Positions 30,605 to 42,900 of a DNA stretch of 64,000 nucleotides are shown piece by piece (within the stretch, counting starts at the first letter, position 1; each line of letters begins with the position of its first letter). A model generated the notes under the pieces. It saw only the letters and a program-made list of their open reading frames with translations. It made no database searches and was not told where the DNA came from. The translations under genes were made by a program, and so were the position numbers. This stretch comes from Acidimicrobiia bacterium. Lineage in GTDB: Bacteria > Actinomycetota > Acidimicrobiia > IMCC26256 > JAENVU01. The stretch spans positions 2,062-66,061 of the forward strand of contig JBBSAM010000022.1 in the NCBI GenBank assembly GCA_038252255.1. Direction: 5' to 3'.

Positions 30605-31954
30605 TCACGCCTCGGCTCGGATGAGGTCCAGCACCTCTTCGGTGTGAGCATCGCACGCGAGCCGGTCGGCTGCCTCGACGTTCAGCCGCAGCAGCGGCTC
30701 GGTGTTGCTCGGCCGGAGGTTGAACCACCAGTCCCCGAGATCCACGGTGAGGCCGTCGAGCCGGTCCTGCTCGGCCCCGCGGTACGCCCCGGCGACGCGC
30801 TCGATCACGGCCAGGGGGTCGCCGACGGTGGTGTTGATCTCGCCGGACTGGGCGTAGCGCTCGAACGGCTTGCGCAGCTCGGAGAGCGGCGCGGCGGCTC
30901 GGCTCAGCTGCTCCAGCACGACCATCGCGGCGATGAGCCCGGAGTCCGCGCGCCAGTTGTCGCGGAAGTAGTAGTGCCCTGAGTGCTCGCCGCCGAAGAC
31001 CGCCTTCGTCTCGGCCATGACCTGCTTGATGAACGAGTGCCCCACCCGGGACCGGATCGGTGTCCCACCCATCTCGCGGATGACCTCGGGCACGACCTTC
31101 GAGCAGATCAGGTTGTAGACCACGGTCTCGCCCGGGCCGGTCTTCTCGAGGATCCCCTTGGCCACGATCGCGGTCGTGATGGAACCGGAGATCGGCTGCG
31201 CCTGGTCGTCCACGAGGAACACGCGGTCCGCGTCGCCGTCGAACGCGAGCCCCACGTCGGCCCCGGCCTCGAGCACGGCCTTCTGCAACGACACGAGGTT
31301 CTCGGGCTGGATCGGGTCGGCCGGGTGGTTCGGGAAGGTGCCGTCGAGCTCGCCGAACAGGATGTCCAGGTCGAACGGCAGGGCATCGAACACCGCGGGT
31401 ACCACCAGGCCACCCATGCCGTTCGCGGTGTCGGCGACGACGCGGAGCGGCCGCAGGGCGCCGGTGTCGGCGAACGAGCGCACGTGGTCGGCGAACTCGG
31501 CCAGCAGGTCCCGGTGCTCGACCCGGCCCGCCTCCTCGGCTCGTTCGACCAGCCCGGCCGCGACCGCTTCCTTGATCTGTACGAGACCTGTCGCCTCGCC
31601 GACCGGGGCCGCCGAGGCCCGGCACATCTTGATGCCGTTGTACTGGGCCGGGTTGTGGCTCGCGGTGAACATCGCGGCCGGCGCGTCGAGCTTGCCCGAG
31701 GCGAAGTAGACGAGGTCGGTCGAGGCCAGGCCGACATCCACCACGTCGGCGCCGGCGAGGGTCGCGCCTTCGATGAACGCTTGGCTGAGCGGGACCGACG
31801 ACGGGCGCATGTCGCGCCCGACGATCACGGTCGAAGCCGCGGTGAACCGGGCGAAGGCATTGCCGATCTTCTTCGCGACGGACTCGTCGAGCTCCTCGGG
31901 ATAGAGGCCTCGGACGTCGTACGCCTTGAAGATGATGTCGAGCGAGTCGGCCAC
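30605..31954 (-). CDS. manB: phosphomannomutase/phosphoglucomutase
   Basis: FKAYDVRG, the active-site TASHNP, and the four-domain 449-aa alpha-D-phosphohexomutase layout. Confidence 0.85.
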   Translation of the reverse strand: MADSLDIIFKAYDVRGLYPEELDESVAKKIGNAFARFTAASTVIVGRDMRPSSVPLSQAFIEGATLAGADVVDVGLASTDLVYFASGKLDAPAAMFTASHNPAQYNGIKMCRASAAPVGEATGLVQIKEAVAAGLVERAEEAGRVEHRDLLAEFADHVRSFADTGALRPLRVVADTANGMGGLVVPAVFDALPFDLDILFGELDGTFPNHPADPIQPENLVSLQKAVLEAGADVGLAFDGDADRVFLVDDQAQPISGSITTAIVAKGILEKTGPGETVVYNLICSKVVPEVIREMGGTPIRSRVGHSFIKQVMAETKAVFGGEHSGHYYFRDNWRADSGLIAAMVVLEQLSRAAAPLSELRKPFERYAQSGEINTTVGDPLAVIERVAGAYRGAEQDRLDGLTVDLGDWWFNLRPSNTEPLLRLNVEAADRLACDAHTEEVLDLIRAEA

Positions 31955-31999
31955 GATGCGGGGGCCCCGAGAGTCCTCACCGCCGGGAAGGCGGGACGA

Positions 32000-34543
32000 T
32001 CATGGTAGCGCCGGCTCCTCGGGTCGCCCCGGGGAGTTGTCCCGGGGTTCCGGCTCGTCGAGCTCGTCGAGCCCGTCTTCGACGGCGGGTGAAGGCGGAT
32101 CGGCCCCCGGGCCGGGGTCGGGATCGGTGCCCCGGTCCGCGGCGCGCGGCCGCCACCGCACGAGGCCGACGAGGCCGGCCACCCCCACGATCGTGAGGAA
32201 GATGCCGATCCACTCCGGACCGCTGCGGGCGTAGTGGAGGCTCACCGAGCGTGACGTCGGCACCACCACCATGAGGTTCGGCGTCAGGCGCCACGGCCCG
32301 TTCGCCCCGCTCGCCTCCCAGTTGGGGAAGTAGGAGGTGCGGACCACGACGGGCACGCCGGTGCGCGACACATGGAACGAGACGGAGTCGTCGCTCTGGC
32401 GGACCGCCGAGACCTTCACCGACGGCAGGCGCCGGCGCGGTGCGGTGTCCGCCCGGGCGGGCTGCACCCGCGCCCAGCTCGCGGGGCCGCCGGCGGCGAG
32501 CGGACGGTCGAGCGCGGCCGGATCGTTCCACCAGCCCGCGGCGAGGCACTCCCACGCGCCGAGCTCCGGATCCTTCTGGCCCGCGATCGGCTTCCGGCCG
32601 AAGCACTCCGACTGCGTGCCGGCCCGCGCGTCGACGACGACCGGCTCGTAGCGCAACGGCGCGACGGTGGCGGCGTCGCGCACCGCGTAGATGTCCCAGC
32701 CGCTCGGCGGCGCTCCGTCGAGGTCCGGAACCTGCGCGACGAGTCGTAGGCCCGGGTTCGCGGCCGCGTGCTGCTTCGCCTCGGTCGAGTACGCCATGTA
32801 GTAGCGGACACCGAGGAGCCGCATGTAGCGGACACCGAGGTTGAAGTCGTCGATCGAGCGGTAGTCCAACCCACGCACCGGATTCGATGCGTTACCCGGA
32901 CCGGACAGTGGCGCGACCGCCATGAAGTGGTACGGAGTCGTAGCCGCGGACTCGTAGTAGAGACCTTCCATCGACGCGATGCGCCCGTGCGTCCAGTACG
33001 GCAGGAGCATCAGCGCGAGCGACGTTCCGTAGGTGTCGATGGCCTGCCCGCCCTCCCACATCGCGCGGCCCGGTGGTAGCCGGTTCATCGTGTCGATGAG
33101 CCGCTTGTACTCGCGGTACGGCTTGGGCTTCGTGCTCGAGGGTGACGCATCCTGGTACCCCGAGTAGTTCCACTGGGCCCAGAAGTCGAGGAACCCGCGG
33201 GAGATGTGCGCGGACCACAGCGCGCCCCCGCTCACCAGCACGACGAGCACGACCGCGGTGACGCTCTTGACCAGCCGGAAGCGCCGACCGTCGATGACGG
33301 GGTCCAGCTCCCATTCCTCGCTCGGCCCGGGCGGCGGGCCGAGCCAGACGAGCGCGAGCTGCTGCGACACGCCACGGGCCATCTCGGCCACACCCGCGGC
33401 GGCGAGCAGGTAGAGGCCGAGGTACCAGAACGGCAGGAAGCGCAGGTTCCACGCGTGCAGCTCGGGCCAGACGCGGAACACGAGCGCGAACGTCAGCGAG
33501 AGCGTCAGGATCGTGAGGATGGCCCGATCGCGGCGCACGAGCCCGATGAGCGCGCCGATCCCCGCGAGGCCGATGACCCACCAGAGCTCACCCGGGAAGA
33601 GGTAGTCGATGTACCAGGTGAGCTTCTCGTAGCGCATGTTCGCCGTGTACCCGAACGTGGCGAGCAGCGGGACGGTCCAGAACGCGGTGAGCAACGCGCC
33701 GACTGCCGCGACCGCGACCGCCACCCGCAGGTTGCGGAGCGGTCGGTAGAACAACCAGACGACCACGGCGCCCACGACGACGAAGATGCCCACGACCACA
33801 TGGCTCAGGATCGTGACCGCGAGCAGCAGCGCCGGGAGCCAGATGCGGCGACCAGTCCGGAGCGAGAACGCGAACGCGCCGAGGAACGAGACTCCGAACA
33901 CCAGCGCCAGCGTGAAGGAGTACTCCCCCGCCAACGCGCTCACGATCGGCCCACCCATGATGCGCTGGTTGAACTGGATCGTCGCGTTGTGGGTTCCGGG
34001 CGCCGCGGCGACACCCTTGAAGAACAGGAACAGCGTCGTGCCGATGGCGAACAGCTCGGGACCGGGGCGCCGCACGCGCAGACCGCGTCCGAGGAAGTAC
34101 GCGCTCGCCGGGAGCAGCACCGGCCCGAGCGCGGTCACGAGCTTGAACGCGATGTTGTACGGCAGGACCAGGTCGGCCACGACGACGAGCACGGCCGGGA
34201 ACGGGAAGTAGAACTGGCCGGCGGGGAACCCCGCGAACCAGTCCGGGGACCAGCCGGCGACCCGGAACGAGGGCAGCAGGTGGTCCCGGAGGTAGGCCGG
34301 GAACCACACGTGGGCTCCCATGTCCCCGCCGTTGGCGGTGGTGTCGCGCAGCAGCAGCGCCGGGTCCAGCTGGAAGAAGACCACCAGGCTGCAGCTGAGG
34401 ACGACGAGGATCCCGAGGATCCGCCAGACCAGGCTCAGGTCCCGGTCGGGTGGGGGAAGCTCGGTGTCGGAGAACGCCGGCACCTCTCGGGGCGGCTCCG
34501 GATCGGGCGCGACCGCGGGCGGCGGAAGCGTGCGCACCGACAT
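32000..34543 (-). CDS. 847-aa polytopic membrane protein with large C-terminal extracytoplasmic domain; putative GT-C-type glycosyltransferase, function unknown
   Basis: There are about 13 hydrophobic helices in the first 440 aa, then a roughly 400-aa soluble domain. The acidic first-loop motif is NGGDMGAHVWFP. WAQWNYSGYQD follows directly after the last TM. GC3 is high throughout. Confidence 0.6.
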   Translation of the reverse strand: MSVRTLPPPAVAPDPEPPREVPAFSDTELPPPDRDLSLVWRILGILVVLSCSLVVFFQLDPALLLRDTTANGGDMGAHVWFPAYLRDHLLPSFRVAGWSPDWFAGFPAGQFYFPFPAVLVVVADLVLPYNIAFKLVTALGPVLLPASAYFLGRGLRVRRPGPELFAIGTTLFLFFKGVAAAPGTHNATIQFNQRIMGGPIVSALAGEYSFTLALVFGVSFLGAFAFSLRTGRRIWLPALLLAVTILSHVVVGIFVVVGAVVVWLFYRPLRNLRVAVAVAAVGALLTAFWTVPLLATFGYTANMRYEKLTWYIDYLFPGELWWVIGLAGIGALIGLVRRDRAILTILTLSLTFALVFRVWPELHAWNLRFLPFWYLGLYLLAAAGVAEMARGVSQQLALVWLGPPPGPSEEWELDPVIDGRRFRLVKSVTAVVLVVLVSGGALWSAHISRGFLDFWAQWNYSGYQDASPSSTKPKPYREYKRLIDTMNRLPPGRAMWEGGQAIDTYGTSLALMLLPYWTHGRIASMEGLYYESAATTPYHFMAVAPLSGPGNASNPVRGLDYRSIDDFNLGVRYMRLLGVRYYMAYSTEAKQHAAANPGLRLVAQVPDLDGAPPSGWDIYAVRDAATVAPLRYEPVVVDARAGTQSECFGRKPIAGQKDPELGAWECLAAGWWNDPAALDRPLAAGGPASWARVQPARADTAPRRRLPSVKVSAVRQSDDSVSFHVSRTGVPVVVRTSYFPNWEASGANGPWRLTPNLMVVVPTSRSVSLHYARSGPEWIGIFLTIVGVAGLVGLVRWRPRAADRGTDPDPGPGADPPSPAVEDGLDELDEPEPRDNSPGRPEEPALP

Positions 34544-34643
34544 TCCCTCAGCATGGCAGCCGGGCGTTGGCGCGCCGGCGCGGCTGTCGGAGGTTCTCCG
34601 GAGCGCGAAGGGCGAACCGGGTCAGCCTCGGTGACGAGCTTGG

Positions 34644-34814
34644 TCAGCGGGCGACCCGGGCCATCTCGAGGACCCGGGTCAGCGAGAGGGGCCCGTCGAC
34701 CGAGAGCCAGCTCTTCGCCTCGCAGCGACCGCACTGGCGGAACATGACGTCCTCGCCCGCGATCTTCATCCTGATCTCGACGACTCCACCGTTCGCACAC
34801 CGGCTGCACTGCAT
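34644..34814 (-). CDS. 56-aa zinc-ribbon protein (two CxxC knuckles), not in ORF track (below 60 aa)
   Basis: I translated this by hand as MQCSRCANGGVVEIRMKIAGEDVMFRQCGRCEAKSWLSVDGPLSLTRVLEMARVAR. ATG is at 34814, TGA at 34644-34646. GAGGAG sits 9 nt (AGGAGCGGG 6 nt) upstream of the ATG, and GC3 is high. Confidence 0.55.
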   Translation of the reverse strand: MQCSRCANGGVVEIRMKIAGEDVMFRQCGRCEAKSWLSVDGPLSLTRVLEMARVAR

Positions 34815-35013
34815 TCGACCCGCTCCTCTACTGGAGTTGCTCTGTGCTTCTGGTGTCGACGATTCGCCCGAATTTTCTGGAGGATGATCGAGGGATGAGA
34901 GGGATGATTGAGAGAATGATGAGCTGCGTTCTCCCTGGTCAGGGCGCTACCCGCCGCGACCGGCGGCGGCCGGCGAGCACGATGCTCAACCCTTCGGCCG
35001 CCGGGGAATGGAG

Positions 35014-35736
35014 TCACGAGACGAGCAGGACGACGGCCGACAACAGGTTGAAGCCGACGTGCAGCAGGACCGACTCGGAGAGCTCGCCGGTACGAACCGC
35101 TCGGGTCGCGCTGATCACCGCGAGCAGGAGCAACGGTGCCATGAGCGGCAGCGTGCTCGGGTCCAGGAGGTGCGCGGCGGCGAAGACCACGGACGAGATC
35201 AGCACCGCCGCGAGCGGCGTCGTGCGGCGGAGCAGCGCCCGGAGGAGCAGGCCCCGGAACAGGAGCTCTTCGACCAACGGGGCCACCAGGGCCACCCCGA
35301 GGATGACGAGCACCAGCTCCGGGCCGTGGCTCCTCTCCAGCGTCTTCACGGCCTCCTGCTGGTCGACGCCCCCCGAGACCTGGTCGAGCAGCCCTACGAG
35401 CCCCAGGGAGACGAGCTGGAGCAGGACCCCGCCGGCGAGCCAGGGCCAGTCCCGGCCCCGGACCACCAGCCCGAAATCGCCCCGCAGCGTGCCGCGGCCC
35501 TTGAGCCGGCTCACCACGAGCAGGGCGATCAGGATGGCCCCGTTCTGCGCGAACAGGCCGACGACGAGGTCGATGCCGTCCGTGTGGCTGACCCCGGTGC
35601 GACCCCGCACCGCGGCGGCGATCGATGCCGCGATCGCGCCGACGACCAGGCCGGCGAACCAGACCCAGACCACGTCACCGAGCCCCCACCGCACGGCCCG
35701 CCGGGTCGGATTGCGCGCTGCGCCCACGAACCGCAC
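35014..35736 (-). CDS. CPBP family intramembrane glutamic endopeptidase (CAAX protease-like)
   Basis: It has the motif APLVEELLFRG and a later FAAAH..HVGFN. The start is uncertain: GTG 35736 was chosen, and the track ORF extends to 35874. Confidence 0.7.
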   Translation of the reverse strand: MRFVGAARNPTRRAVRWGLGDVVWVWFAGLVVGAIAASIAAAVRGRTGVSHTDGIDLVVGLFAQNGAILIALLVVSRLKGRGTLRGDFGLVVRGRDWPWLAGGVLLQLVSLGLVGLLDQVSGGVDQQEAVKTLERSHGPELVLVILGVALVAPLVEELLFRGLLLRALLRRTTPLAAVLISSVVFAAAHLLDPSTLPLMAPLLLLAVISATRAVRTGELSESVLLHVGFNLLSAVVLLVS

Positions 35737-35945
35737 GCTAATGCCAGCTCCCTTTCCGGAGATCTCCCTCGGCCGGACGCCGAAAAGGGGAGATCTCGGG
35801 CGGCCGAGGCGGTCGCGCACCGGGCCCGGGAATCTTGTGACCGTGGGCGTCGTTTGACGTCGTGAGACCGCCACGAGGGCCCACCGGCTCTACGATGGTG
35901 CCCCGACGGGCGTCGAGCCCGCATGAACGAGGAGCCCGACTCCGA

Positions 35946-37934
<1,989 letters not shown>

Positions 37935-37942
37935 GCGATAAG

Positions 37943-38002
37943 AGCAGCATTCGGGGCGCGAGGCCGTCGCCAGAGCGACGCGTACGCGCCCCGAATGCTG
38001 CT
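37943..38002. terminator. 18-bp perfect-stem hairpin between convergent ftsH and thioredoxin-like gene
   Basis: AGCAGCATTCGGGGCGCG (37943-37960) pairs perfectly with CGCGCCCCGAATGCTGCT (37985-38002). The 24-nt loop has its own small stem. It begins 9 nt after the ftsH stop. Confidence 0.65.
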
Positions 38003-38047
38003 GGCGCCGCGGCCCGGGGTAGTCCGTTCCCGCGTACCAGCGAAATC

Positions 38048-38479
38048 TCAGACTCTTGCCCGTGCCAATGCGTCGCGGAGCTCCTGGGCGGTGGCGGGGC
38101 CGACGAAGGACTCCCTGACCACGCCTTCGTCATCGACGATCAGCACCATCGGAACGCCGGAGATCTCATAGCGCTCATGGATCGCGCGTGTTGCGCTGAA
38201 CTCGAGGTCGCAGACCGCCACGTCGCCAGCACCGAGCGCCCGCACCCGTTCTCGCATCCACGCGCAGGAGTCGCACGTCTGCGAGGAGAACAGCGCGACG
38301 AGCCAGGGCACATCCGGGCGTGGAAAATCGGCTCGGGAGACCTGGCGTGGCACCGGGTACGCGTCGCGAATCGGTGCGTCGAGCTTGCGCCGGCGCTCCA
38401 GCACGACCGCAACGATGATCGCGACGCCGAGCAGCGCGACACCGATCGCGATCCGGAGCATCACGGCGAGGACGGCCAC
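38048..38479 (-). CDS. membrane-anchored thioredoxin-fold protein (CxxC = CDSC)
   Basis: It has an N-terminal TM (LRIAIGVALLGVAIIVAVVL), then ..WLVALFSSQTCDSCAWM.. and ..YEISGVPMVLIVD.., typical of the Trx fold. The alternative start ATG 38461 overlaps the DUF5719 stop by 1 nt. Confidence 0.65.
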   Translation of the reverse strand: MAVLAVMLRIAIGVALLGVAIIVAVVLERRRKLDAPIRDAYPVPRQVSRADFPRPDVPWLVALFSSQTCDSCAWMRERVRALGAGDVAVCDLEFSATRAIHERYEISGVPMVLIVDDEGVVRESFVGPATAQELRDALARARV

Positions 38480-39900
38480 GCGAGGTCGGGGATCGCGGAG
38501 GAGACGGAGATGCCCGGGATCGCCGATGACTCACGCTCGACGATGACCGGCGCGGTCGAGTCGACGACGACCACGCCGTCGGGCGGGACCTGGCGCCGGC
38601 CCAGGTCGAGCACGACCCGCTTGCCCGGCGCGACGAGAACCTTCCGCGTGTCCGGCGGGACCGACTCCTTGCCGCCGCGCAGCACACGGAGCCGGAACGT
38701 CGCCGGCGTGCGCCCGTTATTGAGCACCGCTACGAGATCGATCGATGTCGCCGACACGCGGGAGGGTGCGAGCACCCACCGCCGGGCCGCGCGGGTCTCC
38801 CCGACCGTGGTCGCGATGCCGCGAGCGTTGGCCGGTACCGGCGCCACGAGGGCCGTGAGCGTCTCCGCCACCACCGGTGCACGCGACTGCACCGCGACCG
38901 AGAACCCGATGCCCGGTGGGACCCGGCGGCCCAGGTCCACGGACACGGCAGTCCGGGCCGGAACGTTCACGATCTCCGGCTCGAGCGCACCACCGTCGAG
39001 CCGGGTCCGCACCGTCGCGGTGGTGGGGGTGTCCTGCGGGTTGGCGACGACGAGCGTCTCGGTGCGGCCGGCGACGATCGTGCCGTTGGGGAACTCCCAG
39101 TGGCGAGCGAGCTCCGGCGCGCCGATCGAGAGCGCCAGGCCCTGCCGGCCGTCGGTGCCGTCGAGCACCTCCGACTGCTCCGCGACGACGCGCCCGCGGC
39201 GCGCCGTGACCTCGGTCCCGACGAGAGCGTCTCGCCGGGCCTGGTCGTGGACTGGCACCGTGACGCGGCTGTGACCCGGCACGACGAAGCCCTGGAGCTC
39301 GCCGGGAGCCAACGGGCCGCCGTCGGTGAGGAACGCGATGTCCACGATCGCGTCGTCGGCGAAGGGGTTGAACAGAGCGAGCCAGACCTGCGCGCCGCGG
39401 ACGGTCGTTCCCGCGGCGAAGTGCCACTCGGGCGCGGCGTCACGCGCGCACGGGCCAATGCCCGCGTCGCCGTTGCTGATGATCGAGTGCGTCACGACCG
39501 CCTGAGCCCCGGTGACTTCGACGAGCACGCCCGGTTCGGGGACGGCCAGGATGTCCGCGACGCGCACGGTGGCAAGCGACCCGGCGCCGACATCCAGCGC
39601 CCGGACCGTCGGAACGGCGTCCGGCCCGGACATCACGGTGATGCGCGCGTGCGCAGTGCGGTGGCCGATGTTCCCGATGAACAGGCGCTCGTCCGCCCGC
39701 CCGCCTGGGTCTGAGGTTCCCTCGGCGCAGTACCACGCGGCTTCGGCCGCATCCGGCGCCGGGACGCGGGGCCCGAGCGCGACGAACGTCGCAGCCCGCG
39801 TCGGATTGCTCGCGCCGCTGCGATCCAGGAAGGCGGCCAGGAGCAGGCACCCGAGCACCACGACGATCACGATGATGCGCCCCCGGCGGGCGCTGCTCAT
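38461..39900 (-). CDS. DUF5719-like secreted/anchored protein
   Basis: ATG 39900 lies 2 nt after the upstream GT2 stop. The signal/anchor is RRGRIIVIVVVLGCLLLAAF. The beta-rich sequence has the WYCAEG motif I associate with DUF5719 proteins, which follow large GT2 genes in Actinobacteria. Confidence 0.55.
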   Translation of the reverse strand: MSSARRGRIIVIVVVLGCLLLAAFLDRSGASNPTRAATFVALGPRVPAPDAAEAAWYCAEGTSDPGGRADERLFIGNIGHRTAHARITVMSGPDAVPTVRALDVGAGSLATVRVADILAVPEPGVLVEVTGAQAVVTHSIISNGDAGIGPCARDAAPEWHFAAGTTVRGAQVWLALFNPFADDAIVDIAFLTDGGPLAPGELQGFVVPGHSRVTVPVHDQARRDALVGTEVTARRGRVVAEQSEVLDGTDGRQGLALSIGAPELARHWEFPNGTIVAGRTETLVVANPQDTPTTATVRTRLDGGALEPEIVNVPARTAVSVDLGRRVPPGIGFSVAVQSRAPVVAETLTALVAPVPANARGIATTVGETRAARRWVLAPSRVSATSIDLVAVLNNGRTPATFRLRVLRGGKESVPPDTRKVLVAPGKRVVLDLGRRQVPPDGVVVVDSTAPVIVERESSAIPGISVSSAIPDLAWPSSP

Positions 39901-39902
39901 GC

Positions 39903-42900
39903 TCACGGGTTCCCCGTCTCGGAATCGGCGCGTGCCGGGCGGCGCCGCCTCCAGTTGAAGCGCGCGCTCCCCCGCCACAGCAACCATGCGCCGACGATCA
40001 GCACGAGCTCGAGCACCACCAGTGGGTAGCGCAGCCACTGGTTCGTGTATGCGAACGAGACGGTGCCCCGCCGCTCGAGGTCATAGCCGTTCGCCCAGCC
40101 GAACACGCGACGGTGCGGCAGGGTCGCGGCGCCCGAGGTGGCCTTCCACGCGCTGTCGTACGACTGGCTCCACAAGATCGAGCCGCGCCTCACCGGAGTG
40201 CCTTCGAGCACGGGTTTCGCCACGGCCGACGCGCTCAACGGCCCGAGCGGATCCGCCACAGCACTCGTGATCGCGGCCTTGGGCAGCACGGCGGCACCGG
40301 GGATCCAGGCCCGGTTCTCGTAGATCGCCATTCCCGGTGGGCCTTCGAGGCGCACGAGGTCGAGCTGCTCGGTGAGCGCGACGAGCAGCGCGGCCGGCGC
40401 CGGCTCGGTGCGCTCGATTCCGGGACCCGGCCGCTCGGGGACCGCGAGGTACCGCACGCCCATCGGGCCGAGCAGCGCGCCGACGCGGTTGCTGGCGCGC
40501 TCCCGCAGGAGATCGACCGCAGCCCCGACGCGGGTCGCGGCTCCCGCGGACGGGGGCGGCAGGCTCGTCCGGACATCACCGGGACCGTCGTTCGTGATCC
40601 CGTACCCGACATCGCCGTGGACGATGGGGTCGACCGGGAGCACCTGCGGGTTGCCGAGCCAGAGGACCCGGAATTGCCCGCTCGCGTCCTCGGACCGCAT
40701 CCACGAGAGGTTCTGGTTCCAGTCCGAGGCCGGCATGTGCCACCGGCCGCCGGTCGCGTCGACCGCGAACGCCAGGATCGGGAAGGAGAGCGCGATCGCG
40801 CCGCCGACCGCGGCGACCTGGCGCCACCCGAAGTGGAAGCGACGGACATCTTCGATGAACGCCGCGACCCCGAGACCCACGGCCAGTGAGATGCCGAGCG
40901 CCGCCGGCACCAGCAGGCCTTCCACCGCCGGCATGAGCGAGTCCGGGTAGAAGCGGGCCGGGACCCAGACGAAGGCGATGGACAGGAGGGCCAGCACCCA
41001 CGCGCGCGTCGCCCACACCAGGCGCGGACCGGACGCGAGGACCAACACGAGCAGGGCGGCACCGGCAATGACCCAACCACCGGCCCCGGCACCGTTGGGC
41101 CCGGTCTGGAAGCGCAAGACCTGGGAGAAGTCCAGGTCGTTGCGGAAGGCGAACCCGAGCGCGGCCAGCCGGTCACCGGCTCGGAGGTAGACGAGCGGCC
41201 ACGGCAACAACAGCACGAGACCCACACCGGTGACCGCGAGCGTCGCCTTCCACAAGCGGCCCAGGCTGCCCGCGCCCTTTGCGATCAGCTGCGCGAGCGC
41301 GAGCGCGAGCGCCACCACGATCGGGAGCAGCAACGCCGGCGGCCACGCCGCCGTGGTGAGCGCCACGAGCGCGCTCGTAACGATCACCGTGCGCCACCAT
41401 CGCCGCACCGGCGAGTCCGGCAGATATCCCCCGAGCCGGAGGAGCCCCGAGACGATGAACGGAAGGAGTGCGTACAGGACCAGGGCACCGAAGCGACCCG
41501 CGGCGAGCGCGTTGCGCGGCAGCGGGTTGATCCCGTATGCGAGCGCCGACACCACGGCCGCGCTGCCGGGCCCGGTGATGCGGCGAGCCAGCCGCCACGC
41601 CCCGAAGACACCGAAGGGCAGTGCACCGACCACGACGATCGTCCGCGCCAGCCCGGTGGCTCCGAGGGTGAGCGTGCCCAGGACCGAGAACACGCCGAGC
41701 TGCGTCGGCGCCTGAGTCGCCGAACCGAGGTCGACGTAGCGCCAAGCCGACGTGAAGCTCGCGAGCAGCCCACTCACCCCGGGCCAGCGCGGGAGCTGGC
41801 CCACCACGGCGACCCGACCGAGGATCAGGGACCGGGAGCCGACGAGCAGCAGGAAGGCGAAGACCAGGGCCGCGATGGCGGCCGGGCCCCGTAGCCGGGT
41901 CGAGGCATTGCCGGCCGCCGACCGGCTCCGCTCGGACAAGGACCTCATGCGATCCTCGGCTCGCAGCGAGCCGACCAGGTAGCCGCTCACACGCGCGCTG
42001 CCCCGAACCTGGAGGGAGCGGAGATCGACGTCCGGAACGCGCCGGAGTGCCTGCGCGGCCCGGCGCGACTTCCGAAGCTCCCGGAGGTTGCGCAGGTTCC
42101 ACGTCCAGGCGCCGATCAGCGCGCTCGCACGATCACGGCGCCGGGTGACGAGGAACGCGATGACTTCGACGACCGCGAGGAAGAGCGCGATCGGAACGAG
42201 GTACAGGAGCGACCAGCCCGACGCCGATTTCAGCAGTGCGCGCAGGCGGCTGCGTTGCGCCGCCGCCGGCGAGACCGCCTGGGACTGATCGTGCATCGTG
42301 TCTTCACGCCGGTGCCGGACCCGCGCGTCGGGCACGACCAACACGCGCGCGCCGGCGATGCGGGCACGCCAGCACAGGTCCAGATCCTCCGCGCCCGGGA
42401 ACGTGTGAGGGTCGAACCCACCGAGCTCGGCGAACAGATCGGATCGCACCAACATGACCGGGCTCGAAACGAAGAACACGTCGCGTACGGCGTCATGCTG
42501 CTCCTGGTCGAGCTCGCCGGGCTCGATGCCCGAGTGCGGCACGCCGAGCCGGTCGATCGCGAGACCGACTTCGAGCAGGACCTCGGGCCGGTCGTAATCC
42601 ACGATCTTCGGCCCGAGGATGGCTGCGTTCGACCGGTAGCCCTCCTCGACCAGCAGCCGGACCGCCGAGCGGTCGAGGACCACGTCGTCGTGGCAGAAGA
42701 GCAGGAAGGTCGCGCCCTTCACGACCTCGAGCGCGTCGTTGGCGACGGCCGCGAATCCCTGTTCCTGGCGGAGCCGGCGGACGAAGGCTCCGGGGAGCGC
42801 GCCGGCGACCCGAGCCGTGGGATCCACGGTCGAGCCGGCATCGAGCACGAGGACCGTCAGGGCCGGGTAGTCGGAGGCGCCGAGCGACTCGAGTGTCTCC

